This document shows positions 1 to 10,809 of a stretch of DNA of 64,000 nucleotides, in pieces. Numbering within the stretch: the stretch's first letter is position 1; each line of letters opens with the position of its first letter. A program made the position numbers and the translations under genes. The notes under the pieces were generated by a model that ran no database searches, was not told the origin of the DNA, and saw only the letters and a program-made list of their open reading frames with translations. Source of the DNA: Flavobacteriaceae bacterium. Its GTDB lineage: Bacteria > Bacteroidota > Bacteroidia > Flavobacteriales > Flavobacteriaceae. Where the stretch lies: NCBI GenBank assembly GCA_965277255.1, contig CBDICL010000005.1, positions 28,963 to 92,962 of the forward strand, written 5' to 3'.

Positions 1-2110
1 GTCTATTACAGGCCATTATAGCTAATCCTGAGCTTATCGTTGCATCAAACTTTGTTCTTTTATTTATATCAAATTTAGCCCAATCGTTTAATGTTCTATT
101 AAAATATATATTACCACCACCATCTTCATTAACACCTACATGTTTTTCTATATAAGTTTCAATTGCAGCAGCATGAGCTTGTTTAATATCTTCAGAGGTA
201 TTTGGTATTCCCCCAATTTCTTTTTCTGTTACAGATAGTTTGTTCCAGACTTTATCCGGTCTATTCATTGAAAACCCTCTATAACCTCTTCTCCTAATAT
301 GATATAATAAACGGGGCTTATTATTTTCACATAATATTGGCATACCATAAAATATAATAGCCATTAACATATCTTCAAAAAATATTTCAGCGGTTTGAGG
401 TCTTGCTACATATTCTAAAAAAAATGTGTTTGTTGGGGCATCTTCCATACTGAACTTAGTGAGCCCGTGTAACGATCCTTTAGATCCTACTCCATCAGTT
501 GTACCTGATATATCATATGAATCACAACCAAAAGCACCCATATGCTCATTACCTGGTTGTTTGACTCCATTCTTTACTATTACGTTGTTTTGCAGGTTCT
601 TAGGAGGAACCCATGAAACTAAAAACCTACCAGATGGATTTGGATTAAAAATAACCTTACTATCCTTAATACCATTTTCCCAAGAAAATGAACCTTTAGT
701 TATAACTCCTTGTCTTACAAGGTCTTCGTTATAATCTATTTGCTCATATATTTTTGTTAAATTAAATATACTATTTTTTGCTTCGTCTCTAAATGCATGC
801 TCTTCTGTTCTTGGGAATTGTCTATAATATTCATTTAAGCCATCTGAATCATGTTTTAATCCATCTACTTCGTTTTCCCAAAAATTAATTACACCTGTTT
901 CAATGTAATCTCCGTCATTGCCAAGGATGGGTTCTTCTGGAGTATCAAATACAGGGTATCCATAAGAATCAATGTATCCTTCGTAGTTCCATTCCATAGG
1001 TATGAACAAACTATATAGTCCCGAGCTAGTCTGTCCATTTTTATTTCTTCTGGTAACATCTGAGTCATTGTACAGTTTTTTAAAGTTTCCGCCACCTTTT
1101 TCTAAAGCATTTGACGTTGAACCCATCATACACTTTCCAATAATTCTGCTACCTAATCGTAAAGTAGTTTTTGTTACCCTCCAATTGTTTAATATATTAT
1201 CAGGTCTTTCCCATTTTCCTGATTCATCGTGAACTAACAGTCTTAATTTTTCACCATCATAACTGTTGTCACCTGTATTTTTCCAGTCTATTGTTGTATC
1301 TAATCCCTCTAGTATTTGCTTTTCACTGGTCTTTGTAATACTCTTTTTGGTAAGCTTTGAGGCGGGGACCCTATAGGCGAGTTCTGATTTTGGCCTGTCC
1401 ATTCCGTCTTGTATTGGCTTAAAGAAGAAGGGATAGTTAACCGATATTGGCACGACTTTGTCAGTAAACATCTTTTTCGCATCTGCTCCAGTCTTAGAAA
1501 GTATTCCAAATCTTGAATCGGATGATATTGTTGCTTGGTTAACGGTCTCCCCTGACGCCATAAAACTAAAGCCTGATCGTCTGTTTTTGAGGTAGCAAAG
1601 TCCGTAGCATCGTTTATCAGCTTTGCAAGCTTCCCAGAAGATAAAAAATAATCTGTTGGCTTCTCTAAAATCGGGTTGCCCAACGTCAATTTTAGTCCAC
1701 TGCAAGTACATGTAGTGAGTACCAGTAATATAAGTAGCATTACCTTTATTATTGAACCAATGACCTTCTTCACGTTTTGTAAACTCTTTATCAATATATT
1801 CATACCAATTGGATTTAAATGTTTCTGGATAGCTTTCCCAATCAAATATACTTTTTATTTGATTTAATTCTTTTGGGTATTCTGCCGGAGTCCATCTATC
1901 AGTTTTTTTACTAATGTCTTTAGGCTGCTCTGGTAATGCTATACACAAATTTTGAATCTCTATTATCTCGCCAATCTTTCCATCCTTGCTTATGACTATT
2001 ATATCATATTCCTTATTATAGCCATAATCCCATTTGTTATAGCGATTCATTCGCTTTATAACATTAGGCTTAATAGGTGTTATTGTCTTTACTAGATATT
2101 GCTCGTACAT
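1..2110 (-). CDS. terL: Terminase large subunit, copy A (3' end runs off the left edge; absent from the ORF track)
   Basis: Sampled manual translations from ATG at 2110 (MYEQYLVKTITPIK...) stay in one frame to position 2 (~703 codons). ATPase motifs YLKNRRSGFS and LLVHDESGKW; nuclease motif GAFGCDSYD. Homologous to the ORF that precedes the portal at the right edge. Confidence 0.93.
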   Translation of the reverse strand, partial: MYEQYLVKTITPIKPNVIKRMNRYNKWDYGYNKEYDIIVISKDGKIGEIIEIQNLCIALPEQPKDISKKTDRWTPAEYPKELNQIKSIFDWESYPETFKSNWYEYIDKEFTKREEGHWFNNKGNATYITGTHYMYLQWTKIDVGQPDFREANRLFFIFWEACKADKRCYGLCYLKNRRSGFSFMASGETVNQATISSDSRFGILSKTGADAKKMFTDKVVPISVNYPFFFKPIQDGMDRPKSELAYRVPASKLTKKSITKTSEKQILEGLDTTIDWKNTGDNSYDGEKLRLLVHDESGKWERPDNILNNWRVTKTTLRLGSRIIGKCMMGSTSNALEKGGGNFKKLYNDSDVTRRNKNGQTSSGLYSLFIPMEWNYEGYIDSYGYPVFDTPEEPILGNDGDYIETGVINFWENEVDGLKHDSDGLNEYYRQFPRTEEHAFRDEAKNSIFNLTKIYEQIDYNEDLVRQGVITKGSFSWENGIKDSKVIFNPNPSGRFLVSWVPPKNLQNNVIVKNGVKQPGNEHMGAFGCDSYDISGTTDGVGSKGSLHGLTKFSMEDAPTNTFFLEYVARPQTAEIFFEDMLMAIIFYGMPILCENNKPRLLYHIRRRGYRGFSMNRPDKVWNKLSVTEKEIGGIPNTSEDIKQAHAAAIETYIEKHVGVNEDGGGNIYFNRTLNDWAKFDINKRTKFDATISSGLAIMACNR

Positions 2111-2385
2111 TACTTAGATCTTCTTTCAGCAAATCCACTAAAGCTTTGTTTATCTTCAGCGGGTTTATTTTCCATTAGGTTTTTTTCTGCTTCAATACGG
2201 GTTAATATTTCAAAAGCATCAAAAATTGCTAATTTTTTAGTAGCAGCCGCGTTTTTTAATCTATCAGCAGCAAGTTCGTCTTCGCCACCTTCAACTATTA
2301 TTTCTTCTTCAGCTACTCTTATAAGTTCATGTACTGCTTTATATCCAGCTTGGATTATATTCGACTTCAGGTCCTTTACGTTCAT
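2110..2385 (-). CDS. Small helical protein coupled to terL (TAATG overlap), possible terminase small subunit
   Basis: 91 aa ORF whose stop overlaps the terL start; function inferred from position only. Confidence 0.55.
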   Translation of the reverse strand: MNVKDLKSNIIQAGYKAVHELIRVAEEEIIVEGGEDELAADRLKNAAATKKLAIFDAFEILTRIEAEKNLMENKPAEDKQSFSGFAERRSK

Positions 2386-2926
2386 ATTTAATTGAGATTG
2401 AATTTAGTGGTACTCTATATAATTTTTCGTTATCTATAACGAACTCATATTCGCTATTTGGTGTAAAACCTATTAAGTCATTATCTTGTAAGCCAAAGCT
2501 TCTTAGATCGTCTCCTAGGTGCTTTAAAACACCTGTTAACGGCTCTTCTTTGTCTTCTGTAAATTTATTTAAGCTATGTATTGGTTTTACAAAACAGTAT
2601 CCCGGTGGCGTGTGCCATTTATTATTTCTTTTGTAAAGAAATATTTGGTCGTCATAACAGAAGTATTTATTTTCTTCAAAATAACTACCACTGTTCTTTT
2701 CTTTCCCACGGACATCATAGAATCTTCTAAACACATTGTGATGTACAATTACTTTATCATTTACTTGCAAATAATTATTTTCTACATTAATAGGTAGTTC
2801 TTTTATAATACCCTCTCTATTTACAAATTTATGATCTTCAATCGATGTATTTAATATAAGATTTTCACTTTTGTTATTGTATCTACCATTTATTGGTTCA
2901 ACAATATAACAGTGTAAATGTTTCAT
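2339..2926 (-). CDS. Tandem (two-domain) GroES/Cpn10-like protein
   Basis: Two GroES-like patterns: 'YIVEP...LIL...EGIIKELP...LQVNDKVIVHH' and 'YCFVKPI...GVLKHLG...LQDNDLIGF...EYEFVIDNEKLYRV...I'. Confidence 0.55.
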   Translation of the reverse strand: MKHLHCYIVEPINGRYNNKSENLILNTSIEDHKFVNREGIIKELPINVENNYLQVNDKVIVHHNVFRRFYDVRGKEKNSGSYFEENKYFCYDDQIFLYKRNNKWHTPPGYCFVKPIHSLNKFTEDKEEPLTGVLKHLGDDLRSFGLQDNDLIGFTPNSEYEFVIDNEKLYRVPLNSISIKYERKGPEVEYNPSWI

Positions 2927-2941
2927 TTAATTTAATTTATA

Positions 2942-3160
2942 TTAATAATTCAAGTCGTATTCAATGCTTATAGCCATATTTTCATTAAAATGTTTCCATA
3001 AAATTACTTCATCTTCTTTTTGAATATATATATTGTAAGAAGTATCTTCTTGTATTATATCACATATTTTATGACCTCCAAAAACTTCCTGCCCTACTTG
3101 ATAATGCATCGCGTCATTTTTATAGTCTCTCCCAATGCTTATTTTTCTAATTTTATTCAT
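2942..3160 (-). CDS. Hypothetical protein
   Basis: 72 aa ORF in the operon with an A-rich leader. Confidence 0.75.
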   Translation of the reverse strand: MNKIRKISIGRDYKNDAMHYQVGQEVFGGHKICDIIQEDTSYNIYIQKEDEVILWKHFNENMAISIEYDLNY

Positions 3161-3187
3161 TTTATTTAATTATGTATATTATATTTT

Positions 3188-3559
3188 TTATTCTGTTATT
3201 AAATCCCAAGTTCCTAAATCTTCATTCCAGATATACATATTATCGTCATCTGGATAAGCTGTAGGAGCTTCCCATAAACAACTAGTTTCATTTAATATCC
3301 AGCTATTAAAAGGTTTTGGAGGGATGAAAGCATCACGGGTGGCATCGTATGTATATCCTATCCCAGCATAATTTTTTCTAAAGGGAGTACCGCCTTCTGA
3401 ATGAACTCCTCCTATTGTATTGTACGATGTTCTTTTACAAGTCTGGTTTTTGAAATTGCCATAAGCCATCTCCCAGTTTGTTGGGCCATCTGTTTCATCC
3501 TTACCGACTATCACCTCAGTAACAATGTTTTGCATATTCAAAAAAGCATAATGAGCCAT
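3188..3559 (-). CDS. 'MAHYA' family small virion-associated protein (paralog of 15822..16340)
   Basis: Shares MAHYA, CKRTSYNT.GG.H, FRKNYAGIG..YD.TRDAFIPPK and SWILNE.(S/T)CLWE with 15822..16340. Confidence 0.85.
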   Translation of the reverse strand: MAHYAFLNMQNIVTEVIVGKDETDGPTNWEMAYGNFKNQTCKRTSYNTIGGVHSEGGTPFRKNYAGIGYTYDATRDAFIPPKPFNSWILNETSCLWEAPTAYPDDDNMYIWNEDLGTWDLITE

Positions 3560-3578
3560 CTCTTGTTGTTTATATTAA

Positions 3579-4637
3579 TTAACTAAATGTTATTGTTCCC
3601 GTTCCAGCCGTGATTGTTGTTACGTCATAATCTGTATATGTCGAGGTGTCTGTACTACTTGTTAAACCAGAACCTATTGCTATAGTGTAAGTATCTGGAT
3701 ATTTTAAAATAACTATTCCAGAGCCGCCGCTTCCGCCAGCCTGTCCTGTTGGATTAGTAGCTCCGCCACCACCGCCTCCAGTATTTGCTCCGCCATTTCC
3801 ACCTCTATCATTTCCTGGAGCATCTTGACCATTATTAATACCATCTAAACCGCCATCACCAGTCCGAGCGCCGCCGCCGCCGCCTCCTTGACCTCCATCA
3901 CCACCACCAGCACCACCACCACCGCCCCAGTAGTAGTTATTTCCATCAATATCTATTTGCACACCATCGCCACCAAATCCAGAACCATCAATGTTTCCAG
4001 CCTCGCCAGCTCCACCTCCGCCCGCACTGTCGGTTAAAGTAACTCCATCAGCACCATCATTACCATAAACAGTAGCTCCAGCTGGCGCTACATTAGTGGT
4101 TACAGCAGCTCCTCCAGCCTGTGAACTATTTTGATCCCCATCTCTTGTGCCACCACCACCAGACCCTCCATCTAAACCTGCTCCAGCTTGTGATCCGCCA
4201 CCACCACCACCTTTAGCTCTTACTATATAAGTGCTTGATTGTTGTATATAAGAATCAGTTCCATTTGATCCCCTAGAATTATTTCCACCGCCAGATCCTC
4301 CAGAACCTACATTCACGTCATAAGTATTCCCTACAATTATAGATGATGCTTGTTGTTCATAAATTACAGCACCCGCACCTCCACCGCCTGGTGAATCGCT
4401 AGAAAGACCTCCTCCACCGCCACCACCGCCAGCAACTACTAAGTAATCAACTGTTAAAGCAGCAGCAGCAGATCCTATAGGTGCCCAATCCGTCCCGTTA
4501 TAAACTTCTGCGTAACTTTCGGTTGTATTCCATCGCATATATCCACTAGCTGGGCTAGAAGGACGCTGAGCTGTTGTGCCAGAAGGTAGCCCCAAATATC
4601 CAGTGTCATTAATCAATGTATTTTTAAGACTTGCCAT
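3579..4637 (-). CDS. Glycine-rich virion/fibre-associated protein (paralog of 16342..17439)
   Basis: VDYLVVAGGGGGG, GGGGAG repeats and C-terminal GGSGIVILKYP. Confidence 0.85.
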   Translation of the reverse strand: MASLKNTLINDTGYLGLPSGTTAQRPSSPASGYMRWNTTESYAEVYNGTDWAPIGSAAAALTVDYLVVAGGGGGGGGLSSDSPGGGGAGAVIYEQQASSIIVGNTYDVNVGSGGSGGGNNSRGSNGTDSYIQQSSTYIVRAKGGGGGGSQAGAGLDGGSGGGGTRDGDQNSSQAGGAAVTTNVAPAGATVYGNDGADGVTLTDSAGGGGAGEAGNIDGSGFGGDGVQIDIDGNNYYWGGGGGAGGGDGGQGGGGGGARTGDGGLDGINNGQDAPGNDRGGNGGANTGGGGGGATNPTGQAGGSGGSGIVILKYPDTYTIAIGSGLTSSTDTSTYTDYDVTTITAGTGTITFS

Positions 4638-7600
4638 TCTCTAATTGTTTTATTCTTTCCTCTTGTTCTTGAATCTTTTTAACTAAAAATGGGATTAGCT
4701 TAGTATATTTAATACCTATAAGCTGACCATCTTCTTCCTTTGTGGTTAATATAGAATCTAATTCATCAACTTCTTCTGCAATAAACCCATAATCTTTATC
4801 ACCAGTTTCTTTCCAATCATAAGATACAGGTCTTAATTTATCTATAATAGAAGTGTCTACATCTTCTTGAATGTTTTCTTTGAATCGTAGTGCTGAGGTT
4901 TCTGTTAATGAAGTACATTCTATTGTACCAACAACATCTAACTTAGCGCTAGGACTAACAGTCCCTATCCCTATATTACCATTAGATTGAATACGCATAC
5001 GTTCGTGAAATATATTTACAGTATCTCTTGTATGGATTCTAAATCCACCACCATATCCTGCACCTCCACCATCAGCAAATCCATCAATATAAAATCTTTG
5101 ATTATTACCGTTACCTCCAGTAGACGTCATATATAATTTAGGGTCATTACTCGAGCCAATAGTAATATCTCCCCCACTTGAAATGCGCATACGTTCTGCG
5201 CTGTTAGTATCAAAAACAAGGGGATGATTACTATAAGTACCTATGTGTGAGTTATCATTTTGAGCATAAGCTAATAGTGTTACGTTAGCTGTAGTATCTT
5301 TTATTGTTAAAGCAGGGGAACTTGCACTTTCTAAATGAAGCATAGAAGAAGGACTATCAGTCCCTATCCCCACGTCGACACTAGCATAAATTCTCTGAAA
5401 TGAAGTTCCTGTTGAAATAAAATCTAGTTCTCTAAAAGTAGTGCCACCTACAGTACCATTTGGAAGAGTGCCTGTCGTATATGCAGACAGTGATGCATTG
5501 TAGCCTAACAAACCATCAAAGTAAATCTCAAAAGCAACAGCATAGGCAACTGGCTTATAAACTTCTAAATAGTAAGTGCTATTAGTGGAATCAAACTGTA
5601 CTCTTGCTTTGTTTATATAGCCAAAACTTCCATATGCTTCAAGTTTTAATGTTGAGACATCCGACCAATTTTTATAAGCTTTTATCACATACGTTCCAGG
5701 CGAAAAACTTCCACCTGTTGTTGAAAGTTTAATAACTCCTCCTCCTCTGTTTGAAGACGTATTCCAAACGCCAACCCTATACCATCCTGCAGCAGCAGGT
5801 GTAGATACTGAACCTCTGGAAAGTGATATAATACCGCTTGTTTGGGTTACCCCATTAACATGTAACTTAGAAGAAGGCCCTGTAGTGCCTATTCCAACGT
5901 TGCCGCCACTTGTTATACGCATATGCTCCGCGCCTAATCTTGAAAACCTTGTGTAAGTTGTAGTATCTAAAGTAATAGCGTATCCGCTATCTAACAACAA
6001 TCCATCTGTACTTCTATTATCATATTCAATTCCAATAGAAGCATAAGCTGTAGAATTAGAATTAAACAACCATTGTATATCCCCTTTTGTTCCAGTTACA
6101 CCTGATTTAATTTTTATGTTAGCATTATTAGCGTCTAAAATAACGTTTCCTGCTACTTCTAGTTTCTCACTAGGACTATCAGTCCCTATCCCAACGTTGC
6201 CTGAATTTTCAATTCTAACCACAGGTGTAGGCGCAATATCAGCTTGAGCGGTATTCATTAGGATATCTAAGTGTTGTCTATAATCACTTGTTCCTACGGC
6301 TCTAATTATTGTCTTCGCATTAGTAGCATTAAATGCAGGAAACTGTAATTCTCTTGTACCTCCTATTGAAGGAAGATTAAATGATACGTTACCGCTCGAG
6401 TCTATGCGCATTCGTTCGGTATTGTTAGTCGCAAAAGTTAAAGGGTGATTTGTCTGTACATTTATGGTACCTGCAGAACTACCTGAATATAATGAAGTAC
6501 CAACTGTATTGTTAGCATTTGAAACTCTAATTAATCCAGTTCCTGTTCCAGTAGCTCCTCTAACTTCCAAAGTTTTAGATGTTGCACCATAAGACGTTGG
6601 ACTCGTAGTACCTATCCCTACGTTGCCCTCACTCGTTATGTGCATTCGTGGTGTGGCGTTGGTGTATAGTACAAGAGAATGATTAGTAATTGTTCCTATA
6701 ATACCTTCATCCGAGCCAGTAACTCCTAAAATATTTGTTACATTTGGAGAAGTATATCTAATTTGATTTCCTGCAGGACCATTAACGTGTAACTTTGTTG
6801 AAGGACTCGTAGTCCCTATTCCCAATCTTGCAGTACTAGCATCCCAGTAGAAAGCTTCGTTAGCTGAAGTATCTCTAAAGGATATGTCGCCTCCCTGAAG
6901 GATACGCATACGTTCTGAACCTGCATTTTTATAAACAAAATCAACCCCTCCAGAACTGAAAGTTGATGCAATTCCAACTTCTCCATTTGTATCATCAAGG
7001 TAAAATGAAGCTCTCCTGTTATTAGTTCCTTCATTAGAATAAAGTGAATATCCTAAAACATCTCCATCTGTTTGACTTTGTAAATAAACTCCCCTGTCTA
7101 AAGTTGGAGTAGTAGCTTTAGAAGTTCCACCAATACGTAAGTCGCCACTCGAATCTATACGCATACGTTCTACACCCGTAGTAACAAAACCTAATGTATT
7201 AAAGGCAGGTCTATAAAATCCTGTATCTACATCTCCAATTCCTATAGCAACTTTTGATACAGTTCCTACCGACGCTGTAGTGTCTCCAACTTGAAATATA
7301 GCTTCTGGGTCATTTACGTTTATCCCAACGTTGCCACCAGATTTTAAAAATAATTGATTGTAATCAGTTTCAGTCCCCCTAAATTCCATATTCCCAGAAG
7401 AGGAAAAAATAAAAGCAGAATTATTTCCATTACTTTCGGAAAATATAGCTTGCCTATTTGGACCTATTTTTGCAGTCCCTACTACATCTAATTTAGCACT
7501 CGGACTTGAACCAGCCCCTATCCCAACATTAGTCCCATTATCATATATAATAGAATTTGTTAAGGTATCAGTATCTAGCCATTTACTTATATAATTTGTA

Positions 7601-8667
7601 GTACCCGAACCATTTAAATCTGATTCAGATATTCCTGTAAAATGTACTACTTCAATAGAAGCTCCATCTGCAGGGGCATCTGTAAATGTCAATGTTGTAC
7701 CCGAAGTGGAATAATTATCTTTTGATTGATAAACACCATCAATATATATTTGTGTAGCAACCTCTTCAGATATAGCACTACTTAAGGTGAAGGCTGTTTC
7801 TACAGCGTCTCCAGTAAATGAATCAACATCTATGCTTGCTGCATTAGCACCACCAATAGGTGCCCATTCAGTTCCATTGTACCCTTCAAATTCATTTGTT
7901 GTAGTATTAAACCTAAACATCCCAGAAGCCGGGGTAGGCCTGTCACTTGTCAATCCTTTTGGTACTTGTATTGCATCTGTTCCTGAAATATCTAAGCTAA
8001 CAGAAGGGGTTATGGTGTTTATTCCTACGTTGCTATTTAATTCATCTAAATGGACAATGGTAGAAACAGTTGTATTACCATCCCCAACCCATATTTTACC
8101 TTCTGGTAAATTAGGTATATCGTTTGTTCTTAAAATAGCAGAAACAACTAAAGACCCGTTTGATCCATGAACCCTTGCAACTTTTGCAATGTTTTGTATT
8201 AACGCAGTTCCAGTAGGCTTAGTTAATGTTAAACCTCCTCCAGACTTTACATAAACAGTTTGGTTGGCAGTAGGTGTTTGTCCATCAATTGTTGCGGTAG
8301 CTAAGTTTTCTAAAAGCCCTGCTTGTACACAAAATCCTTCACCGTTGTCAGATAAAGTACTTTCTAACAGCCCCAACACAGGCATTTTATTTACATTACC
8401 AGCATCAGCAGCAGCAATTTCAATCTTACCTGAATTACCTGTTTCTCCTGTTATATAAACTGGTGTTCCTTTTGAAATGGATACACCAGATGTATTTTTT
8501 ACGGGTATGTGAACTGATTCTGAATTATCAGCAGAAGCGGCTGCTGCACTACCAAATGTTAGGTTCCCCCCCCCATCAGTAATAATTGCCTGGCCAACAG
8601 ATCCATCGGTGTTTGGAAATGTATACTCACCGTTTATGTTTATGGTATCTTTAAATTTAACAGCCAT
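4624..8667 (-). CDS. Long tail fibre/adhesin with C-terminal peptidase S74-type intramolecular chaperone
   Basis: 1347 aa; about 9 (N/G)VGIGTxxP repeats and ERMRI motifs; C-terminal TSALRFKENI...LRPVSYDWK...GFIAEEV...YTKLIPFLVKKIQE chaperone signature. Confidence 0.88.
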   Translation of the reverse strand: MAVKFKDTININGEYTFPNTDGSVGQAIITDGGGNLTFGSAAAASADNSESVHIPVKNTSGVSISKGTPVYITGETGNSGKIEIAAADAGNVNKMPVLGLLESTLSDNGEGFCVQAGLLENLATATIDGQTPTANQTVYVKSGGGLTLTKPTGTALIQNIAKVARVHGSNGSLVVSAILRTNDIPNLPEGKIWVGDGNTTVSTIVHLDELNSNVGINTITPSVSLDISGTDAIQVPKGLTSDRPTPASGMFRFNTTTNEFEGYNGTEWAPIGGANAASIDVDSFTGDAVETAFTLSSAISEEVATQIYIDGVYQSKDNYSTSGTTLTFTDAPADGASIEVVHFTGISESDLNGSGTTNYISKWLDTDTLTNSIIYDNGTNVGIGAGSSPSAKLDVVGTAKIGPNRQAIFSESNGNNSAFIFSSSGNMEFRGTETDYNQLFLKSGGNVGINVNDPEAIFQVGDTTASVGTVSKVAIGIGDVDTGFYRPAFNTLGFVTTGVERMRIDSSGDLRIGGTSKATTPTLDRGVYLQSQTDGDVLGYSLYSNEGTNNRRASFYLDDTNGEVGIASTFSSGGVDFVYKNAGSERMRILQGGDISFRDTSANEAFYWDASTARLGIGTTSPSTKLHVNGPAGNQIRYTSPNVTNILGVTGSDEGIIGTITNHSLVLYTNATPRMHITSEGNVGIGTTSPTSYGATSKTLEVRGATGTGTGLIRVSNANNTVGTSLYSGSSAGTINVQTNHPLTFATNNTERMRIDSSGNVSFNLPSIGGTRELQFPAFNATNAKTIIRAVGTSDYRQHLDILMNTAQADIAPTPVVRIENSGNVGIGTDSPSEKLEVAGNVILDANNANIKIKSGVTGTKGDIQWLFNSNSTAYASIGIEYDNRSTDGLLLDSGYAITLDTTTYTRFSRLGAEHMRITSGGNVGIGTTGPSSKLHVNGVTQTSGIISLSRGSVSTPAAAGWYRVGVWNTSSNRGGGVIKLSTTGGSFSPGTYVIKAYKNWSDVSTLKLEAYGSFGYINKARVQFDSTNSTYYLEVYKPVAYAVAFEIYFDGLLGYNASLSAYTTGTLPNGTVGGTTFRELDFISTGTSFQRIYASVDVGIGTDSPSSMLHLESASSPALTIKDTTANVTLLAYAQNDNSHIGTYSNHPLVFDTNSAERMRISSGGDITIGSSNDPKLYMTSTGGNGNNQRFYIDGFADGGGAGYGGGFRIHTRDTVNIFHERMRIQSNGNIGIGTVSPSAKLDVVGTIECTSLTETSALRFKENIQEDVDTSIIDKLRPVSYDWKETGDKDYGFIAEEVDELDSILTTKEEDGQLIGIKYTKLIPFLVKKIQEQEERIKQLENGKS

Positions 8668-8683
8668 GCTATTTTAATATATT

Positions 8684-10006
8684 TTAATACATTTTTTGAA
8701 TAAGTACTCTTAATCCTCCAACTACTGGTATATTACCGGCTATATTTGCTACAGTAACTGCTACAGTATTTAAAGTGGGTCTTGTTACATCTAACATAAC
8801 AGTTTCATAAGTGCTAGTATCATATACTTGTACAATTACATCCCTTGTTTCAAAGTTATGAGTTATAGTAAAAGAGGTAGATGAATTATCACCAACACTA
8901 GCAACTACTTGATCTTTTCCGGTAACTATATTATAATAATTAGTTCCATCTTCTGTAATTTGCCATTTATCTGTTGACTCTTCCCATCTTAATTGCACAT
9001 TTGTAGAAGTGCCTCTTTCAATTTCAATACCACCATTTTCACTTGGAGCGTCAGTTACATTACTATTAAGTAATATAATGTTATCCGCTATTGTAAGTGT
9101 TTCTGATTTTACTGTAGTCGTAGTTCCTTCTACTACTAAATCACCCCATACAGTTAAATTTTTTGCATTACTAGCATCTCCAATAATTGTATTACCGTTT
9201 AACTGTACTGTATTAGTTGCACCAGCAACACCAGTTATAAAGTTACCATTTATAGTTAAGTCAGCATTGTTGCCAGATGTACCAAGCGTTGTGTCACCAT
9301 ATATAGTTACTGTATCTGTACCAGCAAAACCGTCTCTACCTAATTCAGTAGTACCTTTAACTGTTAAACTAGCATCACCCGCAATACCCGTTTCTCCCGA
9401 CGGAGGGTTTATTGCCGCTTCATTTTGAATGATTACATCTGAAGGCAAACCTATTTTAATTACTGCACCTTCTGTAATACCAGGATTTAATTGTTCTGCT
9501 GGCGTTCCATAAACATCAGTATCATCTGAGAACACGTCAATTTCATTTGAAGTACCTGAAATAGTAACAAATTCTTTTAAGTATTCAAAAATGTGCTTAC
9601 TACGTACAAGAAATTCGCCTTTATCACCATTAGCTGGTATATCTTCATATATACTATCAGTTTCTAAAACCCTAAGGTCTACAATTCCATGATCATGACT
9701 ACCATTACCTCCTGTATTAGTTCCCGTATCAGATTCATTAACCTCAACAAGCGGCGGATTGTTTGATGCACCAGGAGTAGATGCAGATACTATTCCATTT
9801 ACATTTATAGAATTACCCTCTATTGTGTGTAAATCACCAACAGGTTGCCAATCTGAACCGTCGTATACATATATATTTTCATCCGTAGAATTGTAATATA
9901 TTTGCCCCAGTGCTGGAGAGGATGGGGCAGTAGCTAAAGGTTGAAGAACAGCATTTTGTAATTCATTCTTATTAAGATCAATATTGTTTAAATACTTTAT
10001 AGACAT
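8684..10006 (-). CDS. Structural, tail-associated protein
   Basis: 440 aa, G/T/N-rich beta-strand composition; GQIYYNST motif; located between fibre genes. Confidence 0.7.
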   Translation of the reverse strand: MSIKYLNNIDLNKNELQNAVLQPLATAPSSPALGQIYYNSTDENIYVYDGSDWQPVGDLHTIEGNSINVNGIVSASTPGASNNPPLVEVNESDTGTNTGGNGSHDHGIVDLRVLETDSIYEDIPANGDKGEFLVRSKHIFEYLKEFVTISGTSNEIDVFSDDTDVYGTPAEQLNPGITEGAVIKIGLPSDVIIQNEAAINPPSGETGIAGDASLTVKGTTELGRDGFAGTDTVTIYGDTTLGTSGNNADLTINGNFITGVAGATNTVQLNGNTIIGDASNAKNLTVWGDLVVEGTTTTVKSETLTIADNIILLNSNVTDAPSENGGIEIERGTSTNVQLRWEESTDKWQITEDGTNYYNIVTGKDQVVASVGDNSSTSFTITHNFETRDVIVQVYDTSTYETVMLDVTRPTLNTVAVTVANIAGNIPVVGGLRVLIQKMY

Positions 10007-10013
10007 GGTTTTG

Positions 10014-10349
10014 TTAGTTTAAATACGCTTTTCCAGAAAAAGGCGCTGTGAATGTTAATGTTATTTGGTTTATGTTATTATAGTTTATATATCCTACGAC
10101 AACATTGCCTGAAGAATCTACAACTGTTACTGATGGATGTCTTTCTAAATCGTGTTGTATAGTCCAGACTGAAGAGGCAGAAGACTGTATAAATGTATAT
10201 GTAGAATTAAATACTAAATCTTCTACAAATTCAGCTATACGTGTTAAGGTAAAATTTACAGTTGCGTTTAAATTGTCGCTATCTGTACCAATTACTTTAT
10301 CTTCTCCAGATAAGTGTGTGTCTTTTGTATAAGTGGATATTCTAGCCAT
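10014..10349 (-). CDS. Small structural protein
   Basis: Likely start MARISTY at 10349; C-terminal WTIQHDLERHPSVTVVDSSG...FSGKAYLN resembles the C-terminus of 8684..10006. Confidence 0.7.
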   Translation of the reverse strand: MARISTYTKDTHLSGEDKVIGTDSDNLNATVNFTLTRIAEFVEDLVFNSTYTFIQSSASSVWTIQHDLERHPSVTVVDSSGNVVVGYINYNNINQITLTFTAPFSGKAYLN

Positions 10350-10809
10350 TTTTATCTTCTTTTTTAACGGCAGATCCAAAATAATAACCAAATATACTTA
10401 GAGCAACACCTTCAACAATACCAATCATGTGAATAAAGATTTCTTTATTTGTTTCTGGTACTTGTGTAGTCACTACAGTATATACTAAAAAACCAAAAGC
10501 AGATAATCCAACAACACCCGTTAGGGTCATCATCCAATCCCTACCTCCTGATGCAATAATTGCAGCCTCACGCTTTCTAGCTGAATCTCTATCTTCTACT
10601 TCTAAACGATATAATTCAACCAATTGATCGTGTGCTGCAGCTTTTTCATCTTCAGTCATATCAGGATCACCATCAATAAGATTTTTCAATACACCCATCA
10701 TGCCGCTATCTGGCAAGAATTTAGATGCACCTTTAACAACACCAGGCAAAACACCCGTAAGTATTTTACCTAATCCTGTATCTTTGAAAGGCTTTTTAGT
10801 TTCACTCAT
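10342..10809 (-). CDS. Holin-like membrane protein (3TM/GTA-holin type)
   Basis: Two hydrophobic helices ending in SIFGYYFGS; near the peptidase gene. Confidence 0.6.
   Translation of the reverse strand: MSETKKPFKDTGLGKILTGVLPGVVKGASKFLPDSGMMGVLKNLIDGDPDMTEDEKAAAHDQLVELYRLEVEDRDSARKREAAIIASGGRDWMMTLTGVVGLSAFGFLVYTVVTTQVPETNKEIFIHMIGIVEGVALSIFGYYFGSAVKKEDKNG

Noticed and set aside
1-899. Terminal direct repeat or circular-assembly overlap
   Set aside because: The overlap with 63102-64000 is only about 77% identical at the protein level, so it is not an exact repeat.
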